64,000 nucleotides of DNA from Tubiluchus corallicola (taxonomy: Eukaryota > Animalia > Priapulida): NCBI GenBank assembly GCA_030141605.1, contig JAQGDQ010001016.1:6119-70118 (forward strand). The letters are read 5' to 3'. The position numbers and the translations under genes are program-made. Positions 1-12,600 of this stretch are shown here, piece by piece (within the stretch, counting starts at the first letter, position 1; the number at the start of each line of letters is the position of its first letter). The notes below the pieces were generated by a model, which was not told the origin of the DNA, ran no database searches, and saw only the letters and a program-made list of their open reading frames with translations.

Positions 1-39
1 TAACATAGTGGACAAACCTCAAAAGTCTGTGAAAATTTT

Positions 40-780
40 GAAAATCTCGTACATAATCTTGCTGAAAACTGTCCAAGTTTATTAAATTGGTTCACTAGCA
101 GTGGTTTTAAAGCGAATCCTAGTAAATTCCAGTCAAATGGTTTTGGTGTAAAGACAAATGATAAATTGAAGTGTTCAAACTATCGAAATTGACTGTGCAG
201 ATTCAGTCGAAATTCTAGGTGTTAACATTGGTTTTAATTTCAATTTTAGCGAACATATTTTAAACCTTTGCCGGCGTACCTCTTGTTAAATTATTGTTTT
301 AAAACGCCTCTTAACTTTACTAAATCTACATATATCTTCTGATTTGAACTATTGTCCATTAGTTTAGCATTTTTGCGGTGCAGCGAACACGCAAAAATTG
401 AAAAATTACAAGAACGTGTTTTACGTTTTGTCTTCAATGATTACTTTACTGATCGTGACACAATGTTGAAAAAAGCTAAAATTAAAAAGCTTATGGAAAA
501 TAGGCAAAGATTAATAGCATTAGAGGTGTTTAAAATTCGACATAAACACCGTCCAAAAAGCTTATGTAACATGGTTAATCTGAGAGAAAGCTCTTAGCAA
601 ATGCAATATGATACCATCACAAATATTACCAAAGTAAGCACAGAATTAGATGGAAAAAAGAAGTTTCCGATATTCAGCTTCTAAAATTTGGAATGAATAG
701 CCCAATCATTTGTGCATAGTCACTAACTATAATGATTTCTTGAGGCAAATTAACGTATGGAGCAGGGACATATGTGGTAC
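40..780 (+). mobile_element. Degenerate non-LTR retrotransposon (LINE) 3' RT fragment in intron 4 of LRR gene B
   Basis: Broken-frame motifs NWF...FKANPSKFQ, IEKLQERVLRFVFNDY, LEVFK and SASKIWN are typical of LINE ORF2 C-termini. Confidence 0.7.
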
Positions 781-807
781 AGGAAAGCCAAAATAAGGAA
801 AACTCAC

Positions 808-1533
808 ATGTTATCTCTAGAAGAATATAAGAGTATGATCTATCCTTGTGCAGAGTTGGCGTGTTCATTTGTGATATATTTGTTCCACTAATGATAATGG
901 TAAAAATGGCTTTGTTGTTTGATAAATCCATCTCCATAGATACAAGCTGCTTACAGTTCCTGATGACAATCTGTTCCACATAATTCATTTTGTAAAATGC
1001 TTTAGGGTGTATTGATTTCAACTCTTCATTATCGAATAGTTCAATTATTGATGTCACATTTCCATAAATGGCTTCTTCGTCCAATGTCTCAATATCTGCC
1101 ATTCTTAATGTGAACTGCCGTACTGTCTTCCCATCGAGAAACTTTCTTGGCAGTTCTTTCTCTTTATAATCGACAATTTTTAGAAGATTTGTGCTCCGAG
1201 GCAACGAATGCCAGATATCTACCAACTTGTCCATGAAGAGAACACTACCATAGTCACCACATATTATGTTACATTTCCTAGTTTGTTGCCAATTTATCCA
1301 CACATCGCATTCAGGTATTGGGAGATCACAGACTGGATTGTGCGTTGTTGATTCAGAAGGCACTTTTGTTGTAGTCAAGTCACAGTCCTTTAATGATTCT
1401 TTCACTTCATCAATAGAAAATTTAACACAGTACAACTGCCAATCACACTGCTTGTAACACTCAACTTTACTTGATTTGTGCCAATGTTCACTTTCAGCCC
1501 ACTTCAAATAACAATTGCAAAGAAGTCTATTTC
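808..1533 (-). CDS. LRR gene B exon 4
   Basis: Acceptor ATTACAG, donor GTGAGT, 726 nt, phase 1-1. Confidence 0.85.
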
Positions 1534-3993
1534 CTGTAATACAATTAAGTTCCATAATAATAAGTTCTCCACAGAAATTTTATGATTGATAGTTGGTATC
1601 TGGTAATATATTGCAGCAAATAAAAAAGACAGCATTTTCGTTTCTGTAAAACTATTACCATCATCATTGTGTCATCATCATCATCATCAACAACAACATC
1701 ATCATCAACTTAAATTTTAACTCGGGATCTAGTAGCTGTTGAAATAGCAGTGAGACATGGCACGGTAGTAAATTAAGAAATTCATTAAAAAATTTAGTAT
1801 TGTCGCTACCTTTCAGCTTGAGTTGAATGTTCTTGGAGTCATAATACATGTGCAGTTTTGGTTTTTCCATGTGCATCATTCCAGTTTTTTCAATGTCAAT
1901 TACACTAAGTTGGCGATTATTAGACAAATCCAAATTTATAGTTTCTAATTTGCGACAGTTTAGGATGATTATATTTTCAACAGTGTTTATCCAGTAAAAT
2001 GCTTTTGGGTCGAGAACAGTTAATTCAGGAAGGCGTTTCAAAATGAGAGCAATCCTAATCGTTCCACCAATTGCTATTTTTCCAATTGTTTCTAGTTTTG
2101 AATCAGTAATTTCCAATGTGTCGACAGTTTTTCCTTCAAGGAAACTACTTGGAAGTTCCTTTTCTTGGAAATTAGCAATATAGAAATATCGAGTCCAGTG
2201 AGAGAGTCCTTCTACGATTTCCTCCAAGTCAGTTATGAAAAGTGGATCATAATAACCACAAGCAACAAAACAACCAGTTAAATTATCAAGATATTCAACA
2301 ACAATGCACTCATGAAGCACGATGCCACAGTCAACCGTTAAACATCCAATGAATTCTCCAATTTGTATTTCTCTTGTTGTATGATTTACTGGTGGATCCT
2401 TACAATCGATAGCTGATTCTTTCCATTCTTTTGCTTTAGTCCACTCCATGCTACAATCACATTGTAATGGATTTCCTGTAAATAAATCAATAGCTAATCA
2501 AATTTGTTAACAAGTTGACATTGAAATCCCTTCTTATGCTCTATGTTGTCAAATTTGAAATTTTCGTTGTACCGACTTCCGGAAATTTTAGTTATACCGA
2601 CTTTTAGTTTGGTTGAGCTTATAGACCGATTTGATATTGTTTGCTGACTGACTGACTGACAGCACGTTTTTGTGATTGCTGTGGTTAATAATCAATTCTG
2701 TAACACCACGTATTCAGAATTTGGCATTACATTTCCGTTGAAAAATACCTAACAAATTGTCATAGAATATAGCTCAAAGAGTTCATTGGCACGTTTGCAC
2801 CCAAAGGTCGGTGTCAGCATTTTCATTGAAAAATTTTCTTGGATTAATTGTGCCAAAAAATGTTTGTAAGATTCTATTATTGATTATTGTTTTTTACCTG
2901 TTAGCGAGGCTAAACAAAGCTAAATATAAAATTATCATGACTTATATTTTACCTGTTAGTTTTATGATTAGCTGATCAGGAGTTCTGCCTGGATGAAATG
3001 ATGGCATATCCATTCGCGTAATGCCAGTTTTGTCTATTACAAGCGTTTGCAAATAATGACAGTTCTGTAAGTCCAAATTTATGTACGTAAGACGTGGAGC
3101 ATCTGAAATTAATATGTATTTAACATAAGGCTGTAATTCAAACGCCCTTGGGTCAACGTAGATCAGATTGTCACAGCCTATGATTCTGATATCTTTCTCA
3201 ACTTGGCAACCAATTTCCGCAAAGCCAACACTCTCTATACTGCTGTACTTTAGTTCGAAGATCTTAATTACTTTGTATTCCAAAAATGCAATTGGTAGTC
3301 GCTTTTCTATGTAATTACTAATGTACAACGCATCTAAATAGGTGGGAACGGTTTTTTCTATCACATCCAAATTTCCGAAATCAAGTCTGAAGAACCAACC
3401 GCACTGAATCTGGCACGGATCTGTATTCAAAAAACGACACACTGGTAACTCTGGGCCGCACGGCTTTGGTTTTGGTGTGGTCGTAGGAGGGTTCGTCCAT
3501 GTAGGGTGGATAATTGTTCTGATGGTTGACTCAGTAGTGGTTGTGGGGCATCCCAAGAATTCGTCAAAATCTGCAAGAGTCATAGGTGGATTTACTCGTG
3601 GAGGGTCCAGGCATTCTATTCTAGAAAACTGCCAATTCACAGCTTTTGTCCACCGCATTGAACAGTTACAAATCATTGGATTTTCTAAAAAAAGATAAGC
3701 GAAATTTAATGAATTTATTCCTATTAACTTGTTTTGTGTTTATTCATAAAATTGTGTAATTTCTAATATAACTGATTGTTGCAAATTTGTTTGAACCTGT
3801 TTTCATGCTTTCGTTTCCTGCAAAGTTTTAATTTTGGAAACTTCACTCTACATTTGCTCACTCTCTCTCTCTCTCATTTCTTTCTCTTACTTTCTCTCTC
3901 TCCCTTACTCTCTCATCTGTCTCTCCCATGTCTCTCTTACACTCTCTGTCTTTCTCTTTCTCTCTGTCTCACCTCCCTCCCCTAACCTCCCCT

Positions 3994-4034
<41 letters not shown>

Positions 4035-5802
4035 CTTTCTTTCTGTTTCTTTCTACCTCTGATTCTCTCTTCTCTCACTAGTCATTATCGCTTGCTGTTG
4101 GCATGTTTTAGGAGAAACTACATGCTGCGATATAAAAAATAGTCATATCTAACTGAGTTCAATTTTTCATTGTTTACAGGTGCAATAGATGTCAAGAGTG
4201 TTGAGGCAAATATCACCAAAGTGATGAAAATGTACCTTAGAAATTGGCTTGATAAACGCAGAGGATGAAAGAAATATATCTTCTTGCTAGACTAGATCGT
4301 TTAAGAAATGTGCTTTCCAATCAATAGCTGTACTAAAAATTATACCGTTCCTTTTCACTATCTTTTACGAAGACTTAGACTCCAGTTTTGAAGTTATTGC
4401 TTGCAGTAGTGCTTCAGTATTAACTTTCTTCCATATATAAACTGAGAGTTTATAAAAAAAATTTATCTGTCATAATGAGGATATCAAGGAGTGAACATCT
4501 CGTTTTAAGATGGAAATGGTTGAATTGTGGACTGATTTTTAAGGCTCAATTTGATCTTGAATTTGTTTGTAATAGCTGGACATGGATAATACCTAGTTCT
4601 GTGTCATAAATCTAGCTTTCATGTTGACTGTCAGATTTGTAATTAAATGTAAACGCTAATTATGATTAATTCACTCAGCTAATTGTTTAAGCAAGACATT
4701 TTTGATATTCCTTACCAAACCTGTCTTTAATTAACAAAAAAACATGTATACAACAAACTTCTTAGAGTAATTTTGCTTTGAAAGGGGCTTCCATATATGT
4801 ATTGCGTTTTAATCTTATCAATTGTAATTATAAGGACATGACAAGACTCAGTATTTAACTATACTGCAGGCTGATCTTTATCTACTTTTTCGTGAAGGTT
4901 GTTTAATTAATTTATATATCTCTTAATTGCTGATTTGTACAGTTTGTCTGCCGGAACTAGCCTAGCTCATGAGCCCATGCACAGTAAATTTGTTCACTTC
5001 TTTTGCTGTCAGTATTGTACCAGAAATTGATACAGCCTATTCTGGCTCAGTAACGGTTTCCATGCTGAATCGGGTCAGTACAATTGTGGTGTGCAAGCGG
5101 TTTTGGAGCGGTATAGGCTTGATTGCTGGTTTTAGCTTGCGTGTACTGGGCCAATATCGTACATGCCATAATGCCATGTAGCTGGCTCATAATATCAATA
5201 TTTATTGGGAGATTACCATAGAATATTATACGGAATGTTTCTGGTCGTCTGTCTGGATGCAGTGTGAACATTCGCATAAAATCTGTGCCGGTATCCTTTA
5301 TCGTGATATCTGTGAGATCTGGGTTGTCGGAAAAATCTAGATGTTCTATATCCAACTTTCGTGCGGTAATAATATAAATGATCTGTATAGTCTTTAACTT
5401 TGAAAAAGCTCTAGGATGCATTTCAGTTAACTTCCAACTGTTTTGCAAGTACAGCCTGTTTACGGTGAAATTTTCTGGAAAATCATCTTCAGCAATTTTT
5501 TCAATGTTAGAGTCATCAATGATTAACCAATTTAGTTTTCTTCCATCAAGTATTTCTGGATACCAACGGGATTCAGCATATTTCGTGACAGTCAGAGTCG
5601 TTATCAAACTAGGTGCACCTTGTATTATATCATTTATCACGGGTAGACTAAGTTTAGGCTCTAATTCACTGCCACACCACTGATAGCTATCGATAAACGG
5701 AATAGTGTAAATTCTAACTTCATAGTAGCTACAATTCATTTCCCAAATATAAAGCTCACACTTAAAACACAACAAGAGTACACCTAATAGACAAAGAAAC
5801 AT
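808..5802 (-). CDS. LRR gene B, tandem paralog of gene A (exons 5802-5217, 3684-2953, 2475-1810, 1533-808; terminal exon expected left of the window)
   Basis: Same exon order and phase-1 GT-AG sites as gene A. Exons 3 and 4 have the same lengths as in A (666 and 726 nt). Signal-peptide-like start MFLCLLGVLLLCF. Confidence 0.85.
1810..2475 (-). CDS. LRR gene B exon 3
   Basis: Acceptor TTTACAG, donor GTAGCG, 666 nt, phase 1-1. Confidence 0.85.
2953..3684 (-). CDS. LRR gene B exon 2
   Basis: Acceptor TTTTTTTAG, donor GTAAAA, 732 nt, phase 1-1. Confidence 0.85.
3858..4078. repeat. (CT)n-rich microsatellite tract
   Basis: Visible ctctct runs. Confidence 0.9.
5217..5802 (-). CDS. LRR gene B coding exon 1
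   Basis: Lies in ORF 5047-5874. ATG at 5802, phase-1 donor GTAATC at 5216. About 60% identical by hand alignment to A exon 1 from the WCG motif onward. Confidence 0.8.
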
Positions 5803-6102
5803 GTTTTCAAACTTCAAAAAAGGTTTCAGTTCTGTAGCACCTAGCAACCATAAGATCGTCAATTTAGAATTCAAATGAGAAATTTAATATTGTTTTGAAA
5901 CAATGGTTTATCAGACAATAAAATACTGTATTCTAAAGTGCCATTCTATTCTGCATAATTTATTGCAAGTTTAGAACTTGTTTGCAATGAATGAGTGGGC
6001 CTAACCATAAAGCAAAACTGATCCAAACTTAAACTGTAAGTCAATTTACTCTTTAAAACATAGAAAGCAGACATAATTATTATTTTTTCAAAAATGACTT
6101 AC

Positions 6103-6340
6103 GTGACAGATTAATTACCACACAAGCACAATTTCACGTTTGCACCACTAGTTCTTTGCTACCTCATGCATTTCGCCATTCGTTAGTAGGTCTCAGTTCA
6201 GATGTGTTAGTTTCTGACGAACTGTGCACGTTGGTAAATGGTAATTGGTAAAAGTGAGCACAATGGTAAATTTGAAATTTGAAATTTTATCTTAAAACTT
6301 GTCCAGTTTCAGTGCAACGAACTGAACATCTTATAATAGC
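6103..6340 (-). promoter_or_regulatory. Candidate 5' non-coding exon and promoter of LRR gene B
   Basis: Consensus donor GTAAGT at 6102-6097 upstream of the acceptor-like site before ATG 5802. TATAA-like and TCAGTT motifs near 6320-6336 on the minus strand. Confidence 0.35.
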
Positions 6341-9300
6341 ACTGTACTTCAATTTTCGTTTTCGCATACACGTACAACAGCTCAAGGAATATTTTTGCTG
6401 TGGAAAATTATGTTTGCACATGATGTCATGAATAGTTGGGCTTGCCCGTGTTTAATTTTTTAATCTATTATATAATTATCAGGAACGCTTTTACAGTATT
6501 AATTTTGGTAAAATGTATTATTTTTATCAGACGAAAATCCTGTCCTTTTTATCCTGTCTTCCTATAGGAATTTATTGTAATAATGCCAATAGAAAAGGTG
6601 CTACTGCTACAAAATGCATTTGCATAATTATATAATAAAAATCTAGAAAAAAATCAATATTTAGAAAATCGATTTCCATAATTTATTCGTGATAGTATTT
6701 GTTATGCTTACATTGCGAATATCAATGTTAAACTTGCAAATTTCTAACAATATCCTATTTAAGATTAACACAGAAAACAGTCAAATGGGGTGTTTTGTCT
6801 TTAAGAATGCATTGGTTACAGTATTAGAATTGACAGAGTGAACACTAGTATAAGCAGACATGAATGAACCACGTCATGTTAATGCACTAGTTCTACAGGC
6901 TCTTCATATTCTGTCCTCTTTGAGTTGCAGAATTCGTCACACGCTGTTGAATATAAGAGGGACTTCGCAGTTTATAACAGATCCCAAAAACCTTTTGGTA
7001 GGTTTCATAAAGAGCAGTTTCACACTGAAGGGCTTTCGCGCTAAATTAAAAGCACGAGCAAGTGCTGTAATTACAGAATTAGATACTAGATGACTGTAGT
7101 AAATAATTTATATCTGTGGCTGAATTGCTGAAGAGATATACTACAAATAATGTCTTAAAAATATTGAGCTGAATAGGTGAAGGTGCATTGTACAGTTCTG
7201 TTCATAGGCACCAGGCCAACCAACCTACAGGTAATGTTATGACGTCCTCCTGCTATTGGTTGAGCAGTGGTTTCCTGTGGAAAGAACGAAAACGTGACAT
7301 CGTCAGTTGTCTTTTGGTTGTCGTGGAATGCACTTTTCCTGTCTGCCTGCTGAGTGTCGTGCATTCCGCAAGGTTTGAAGCATGGTCATCGGATTTTGTT
7401 TTTTCTCTTTGTGATATTCTTCTCAGCCGTCCCTTTTGAATTCCAAGTTTTGGTTTTGTTGTTTGTTTCTTAAAATTTCTGGAGTATCCATTATGCAGCG
7501 CTTACCCGCATCACCGATGGCGGGCCATAAGGCTATCTACAGGGTCGAACCCCGGAACAATATTTATGTGTAAAACAAATTTAGAAGTTATTGATTCTAT
7601 TAACAGTTCAACAATTTATTATTTCACTAAAACTCTTACTCGTCTTTTTTGTTATTGCATTTATTATTATGATTGTCTTATTATTTATTGTCATGATTAT
7701 GTGTTATGTTATTACGTATTTTAATTCTGCATTTTGTATGTGCATGATCTTATTTAAGAACCTCCTTGTGGTTCGTATAAGAATTAAGAGGAAGAGTCGC
7801 TGTCAGGCTCGTCTAATGATGGGATACGTTGTTGTAGCAACCACGTGTGTTTATAAAACATCGCCTCACAAAGTACAGATGTAGCTAACCCATCGCTCTG
7901 CTGCGTTACCCCTGCTCCCACCGTACATAGTCAGGTATTCAAATAGCGATTAGATTGGTGGCCAGAGAATGTAGATTGAGTGGTATATAGCTTGAGAAAT
8001 ATTGAAGTAAGTAGGATTCCCACCTAAAACCACAGGACCGACAGCCAAGCATCGTAACACTTGACAACGACCTGTAATGAAGGGAATTTACATGTAACTT
8101 TCCAAAAGGCTTTGGGATTTGTGCTTATTCAACGCAATGCATAATTGAAGATTTGTGACATTCAAGGTGCAAAATAAGCAGTGCATTAGAGTCGTCATAC
8201 ATCGGCACTGTAATGAGGCATTGCAATAAACATGATTTCTTGTTCATTAAAACAGAATGTCATAATAACACAGAGAAGTGTGGCGTGAATCTCACTAATT
8301 TGGTTGTCAAAACGGTTCAAATTTATTTGGATCAAAAAATATTGCGCATGTAAATTTTTTTTTTGCAAATTACAAAGCATATTTTCAACGAATTCTGCAG
8401 ACAACTACAAAACTATAAAAAACAAAAAACTTTACACATATTTGGACAGTCAATGGCAGGATATTTTTTCGAGCCCATAATAATAGTCAGAAACTGACGG
8501 TAGACTTTGAGCTAACGTTAGTTGTTAAACATGTCTCCCATGTTTAATGTCCTTCAAACTTAATTAAAATTTTTATGGCAAAATTTCCTTTGTAACCATG
8601 AATGTAAACTGAATCAATGTTCCCATCAATGTGATATTGGAGACACCTAAAATATTCAACTTTGTCCGTTTCAGAGTTTCCTAATGTAAGGCAATAGTAG
8701 TGAGTAGTCTCCTGCATGAACTGTTTTAAAACTTTACTTCAATTTTAGGGCTACGGTGACAAAACAGCTCAAGATACAGTATCAACAAAATGTGAGAGGC
8801 AACTGCAATTCGTCCAGCAAGTAAAGGTTAGAAGCAACAGGGTATCAAAGTTGTCCATGGTGCATGCCAGAAATGCTTAAGGAAGTGTTGCAATTACTGC
8901 AACATCAAAAATAATAAAAAATCGAAGATGTTTTTCATCACAATTTTTAATAGGGCTTTAAAGCGCAAGGCGCTTGACTGCAGTTTGATATAATAATATG
9001 TGCAGCACCGCATCTTTCTTGTGCAATTAGAGTAAATTAAACCACACCAATGTATAGCTGTTTCAAATACAACTGGAGATACTAGGAATTTTTTAAATAA
9101 TGACTGACTCTAATTTAAAATATAAGATTTACAAAGACATAAACGAACTGCAACTTGTTTTACTAAGACAAGTATAGGGCTTAGTTCTAGCACAATACTG
9201 AGTAATTCTCTCACATTATCAATTCATTGGACACTATTTAACCATCTGTCAAAGTGCAAGCTACATTTGCTGTGAAGCAGGGCTGATTATCTATTAACGA

Positions 9301-9417
9301 GCAGATTTATTTCTTGTTTTGTTATTGTTTTTCGGTGATTTTTAATACTTTCTACAATATTTTTGTCTTTTATTAATTTAATGTCTATCATTTAAGAGGA
9401 AGCAGGTTTTATTACCA

Positions 9418-9650
9418 TCATGGGCTAAACATAAGCCTCTCTGTTGTAAAACTTAACAAAATAGTTGTGAAACATATCTCAGCCGGTGAACCTCTTGAGA
9501 TAAAACTTGCTTGTGTTTCTTCACAAAATTCATCCACTGAAATCTCTCTATCTGTATGCTGTATATGTGGAACTGCACAATCAATTGTCGAAAACAGCCA
9601 TGGCTTTCCTTTTGTCCATTGCATGCTGCAGTTACAAACAAGACGGCTCA
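9418..9650 (-). CDS. LRR gene A terminal exon (final LRRCT and hydrophobic GPI-signal-like tail)
   Basis: Acceptor TTTATTTTAG, then SRLVCNCSMQW...ICFTTILLSFTTERLMFSP*. AATAAA on the minus strand at about 9369 and 9306. Confidence 0.8.
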
Positions 9651-12600
9651 CTAAAATAAAATAATTCACCCTGAAAAAAGTTTTTTTGTACCTGTATGGT
9701 AAGACAAGCTTTGTAATGCTTAATAACTGGTATAAAGTTAGGTATTGGTGACAGAACACAGAAAGCCAATTTGCATTGAAAGAGAACAGAGTAATTTTCC
9801 CGATAACTGCTTAAAACATTCCTTGGTTTCCAAGAAATTACGCACAAGAAAATCTTTATGTGACCAATTTATTTCATTTAAATCGTAATTGCACTGTTAA
9901 GCTTGCTAAACATGTTAGTTATTTAATTTCGATTTTTAAATTTGCTGAGCCATCAGAAAAATTAATGTTAAATTTCGTGTGTACCTGCTATTTGATATGT
10001 AAGCCTACACTTGCTACCATCCGCGTTCTTGAATTATCAGTCACTTTTCTCGGTACAGGACAGAAAAATTTATAAAATTTGGGATCAATGTATGAACTGA
10101 AAGCTCCTTATTTTGCTACATTTCTCAACTAGAAGGTTTGATTTGCACATAGCAAAACTGCAACTTATTGATGGTAATAGGCAAAACCTAAGCATGCTGA
10201 ATGATTGCGACATCTAATGGCAAAGTTAGAAAATATAGCAGAAATATTAAGATTATAAAATCAGCATCTGAAATGGAGGTTTTTACGTGGGACGTGCAGA
10301 AAAAAGCTAAGATTTGTAACGTGTGCAAGCTGGTATAAATGCAAATGCCAAAGTGTTTCATAGACCAAATTTTCACATTCTGATTAAACTAGTTTTCACA
10401 CATAACATAGTGGACAAAACTTAAAAGTCTGTGAAAATTTTGAAAATCTTGTATATAATCTTGGTGAAAACTGTTCAAGTTTATAAAATTGGTTCACTAG
10501 CAGTTGTTTTAAAGCGAATCCGAGTAAATTCCAGTCAATTGGTTTTGGTGTAAAGACAAATGATAAATTGAATTGTTCAAAATATGAAAATTGACTGTGC
10601 AGATTCAGTGAAATTTCCAGGTCTTAACACTGGTTTTAATATCAATTTTAGCGAACATATTTCAAACCTTTGCAGGCGTACCTCTTGTTAAATTAATGTT
10701 TTAAAACGTCTCTTAACTTTTCTAATTGTAAACTGTATAAAGGCTTTTTTCCACGCTTTTATATCTTCTGATTTGAACTATTGTCCACTAGTTTGGCATT
10801 TTTGCGGTGCAGCGAACACACAAAAATTGCAAAAATTACAAGAACGTGCTTTAGTTTTGTCTTTAATGATTACTTTACTGATCATGACACAATGTTGAAA
10901 AAAGCTAAAATTAAAAAGCTTATGGAAAATAGGCAAAGATTAGTAGCATTAGAGGTGTTTAAAATTCTACATAAACTCCGTCCAAAAAGCTTATGTAACA
11001 TGGTTAATCTGAGAGAAAGCTCTTATCAAATCCAATATGATAACGTCATAAGTATTACCAGAGTAAGCACAGAATTAGATGGAAAAAAGTAGTTTTCCGA
11101 TATTCAGCTTCTAAAATTTGGAATGAAAAGCCCAATAATTTGTGCATAGTCACTAACTATAATGATTTCTTGAGACAAACGAACATATGGAGCAGGGACG
11201 TATGTGGTGCAGGCAAGCCAAAATAAGGAAAACTCACATGTTATCTCTAGAAGAATATAAGAGTATGATCGATCCTTGTGCAGAGTTGGCGTGTTCATTT
11301 GTGATATATTTGTTCCACTGATGATAATGGTAAAAATGGCTTTGTTGTTTGATAAATCCATCTCCATAGATACAAGCTGCTTACAGTTCCTGATGATAAT
11401 CTGCTTCACATAATTCATTTTATAAAATGCTTTAGGGTGTATTGATTTCAACTCTTCATTATCGAACAGCTCAATTATTGATGTCACATTTCCATAAATG
11501 GCTTCTTCGTCCAATCTTTCAATATCTGTCATTCTTAATGTGAACTGCCGTACTGTCTTCCCATCGAGAAACTTTCTTGGCAATTCTTTCTCTTTATAAT
11601 CGATAATTTTTAGAAGATTTGTGCTCCGAGGCAACGAATGCCAGATATCTACCAACTTGTCCATGAAGAGAACACTACCATAGTCACCACATATTATGTT
11701 ACATTTCTTGGTTTGTTGCCAATTTATCCACACATCGCATTCAGGTATTGGGAGATCACACACTGGATTGTGCGTTGTTGATTCAGAAGGCATTCTTGTT
11801 GTAGTCAAGTCACAGTCCTTTAAAGATTCTTTCACCTCATCAATAGAAAATTTGACACAGTACAACTGCCAATCACACTGCTTGTAACACTCAACTTTAC
11901 TTGATTTGTGCCAATGTTCACTTTCAGCCCACTTCAAATAACAATTGCAAAGAAGTCTATTTCCTGTAATACAATTAAGTTCCATAATAATAAGTTCTCC
12001 GCAGAAATTTTATGAGAAACAGTTGGTATCTGGTAATATATTGCAGCAAATAAAAAAGACAGCATTTTCATTTTTGTAAAACTATTATCATCATCATTGT
12101 GTCATTGCAGTGATCATCATCATCATCATTATCGTTATAAATTTATTATAATAGTAAATTAGTATTATTAAAATATAATAGTAACTGTTGAAATAGCAGT
12201 GAGACATGTTTTGCCGAAATTGAGAAATTTTTTAAAAAATTCAATATTGGTGCTACCTTTCAGCTTGAGTTGAACGTTCTTGGAGTCATAATACATGTGC
12301 AATTTTGGTTTTTCCATGTGCATCATGCCAGTTTTTTCAATGTCAATTACACTTAGTTGGCGATTACTAGACAAATCCAAATTTATAGTTTCTAATTTGC
12401 GACAGTTTACGATGATTATATTTTCAACAGTGTTTATCCAGTAAAATGCTTTTGGGTCGAGAACAGTTAATTCAGGAAGGCGTTTCAAAATGAGAGCAAT
12501 CCTAATCGTTCCACGAATTGCTGTTTTTCCAATTGTTTCTAGTTTTGAATCAGTAATTTCCAAAGTGTCGACGGTTTTTCCTTCAAGGAAACTACTTGGA

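Larger units (their letters stand above)
1..2520. repeat. Near-identical segmental duplicate of 10403-12966 (LRR exons 3-4 plus flanking introns)
   Basis: The window start taacatagtggacaaa recurs at 10403. The two copies stay colinear through introns and exons up to caagttgaca (about 2520 and 12968). Confidence 0.9.

Noticed and set aside
3776-4142. Leu/Ser-rich ORFs (also 47872-48057)
   Set aside because: They are translations of CT/GA microsatellites.
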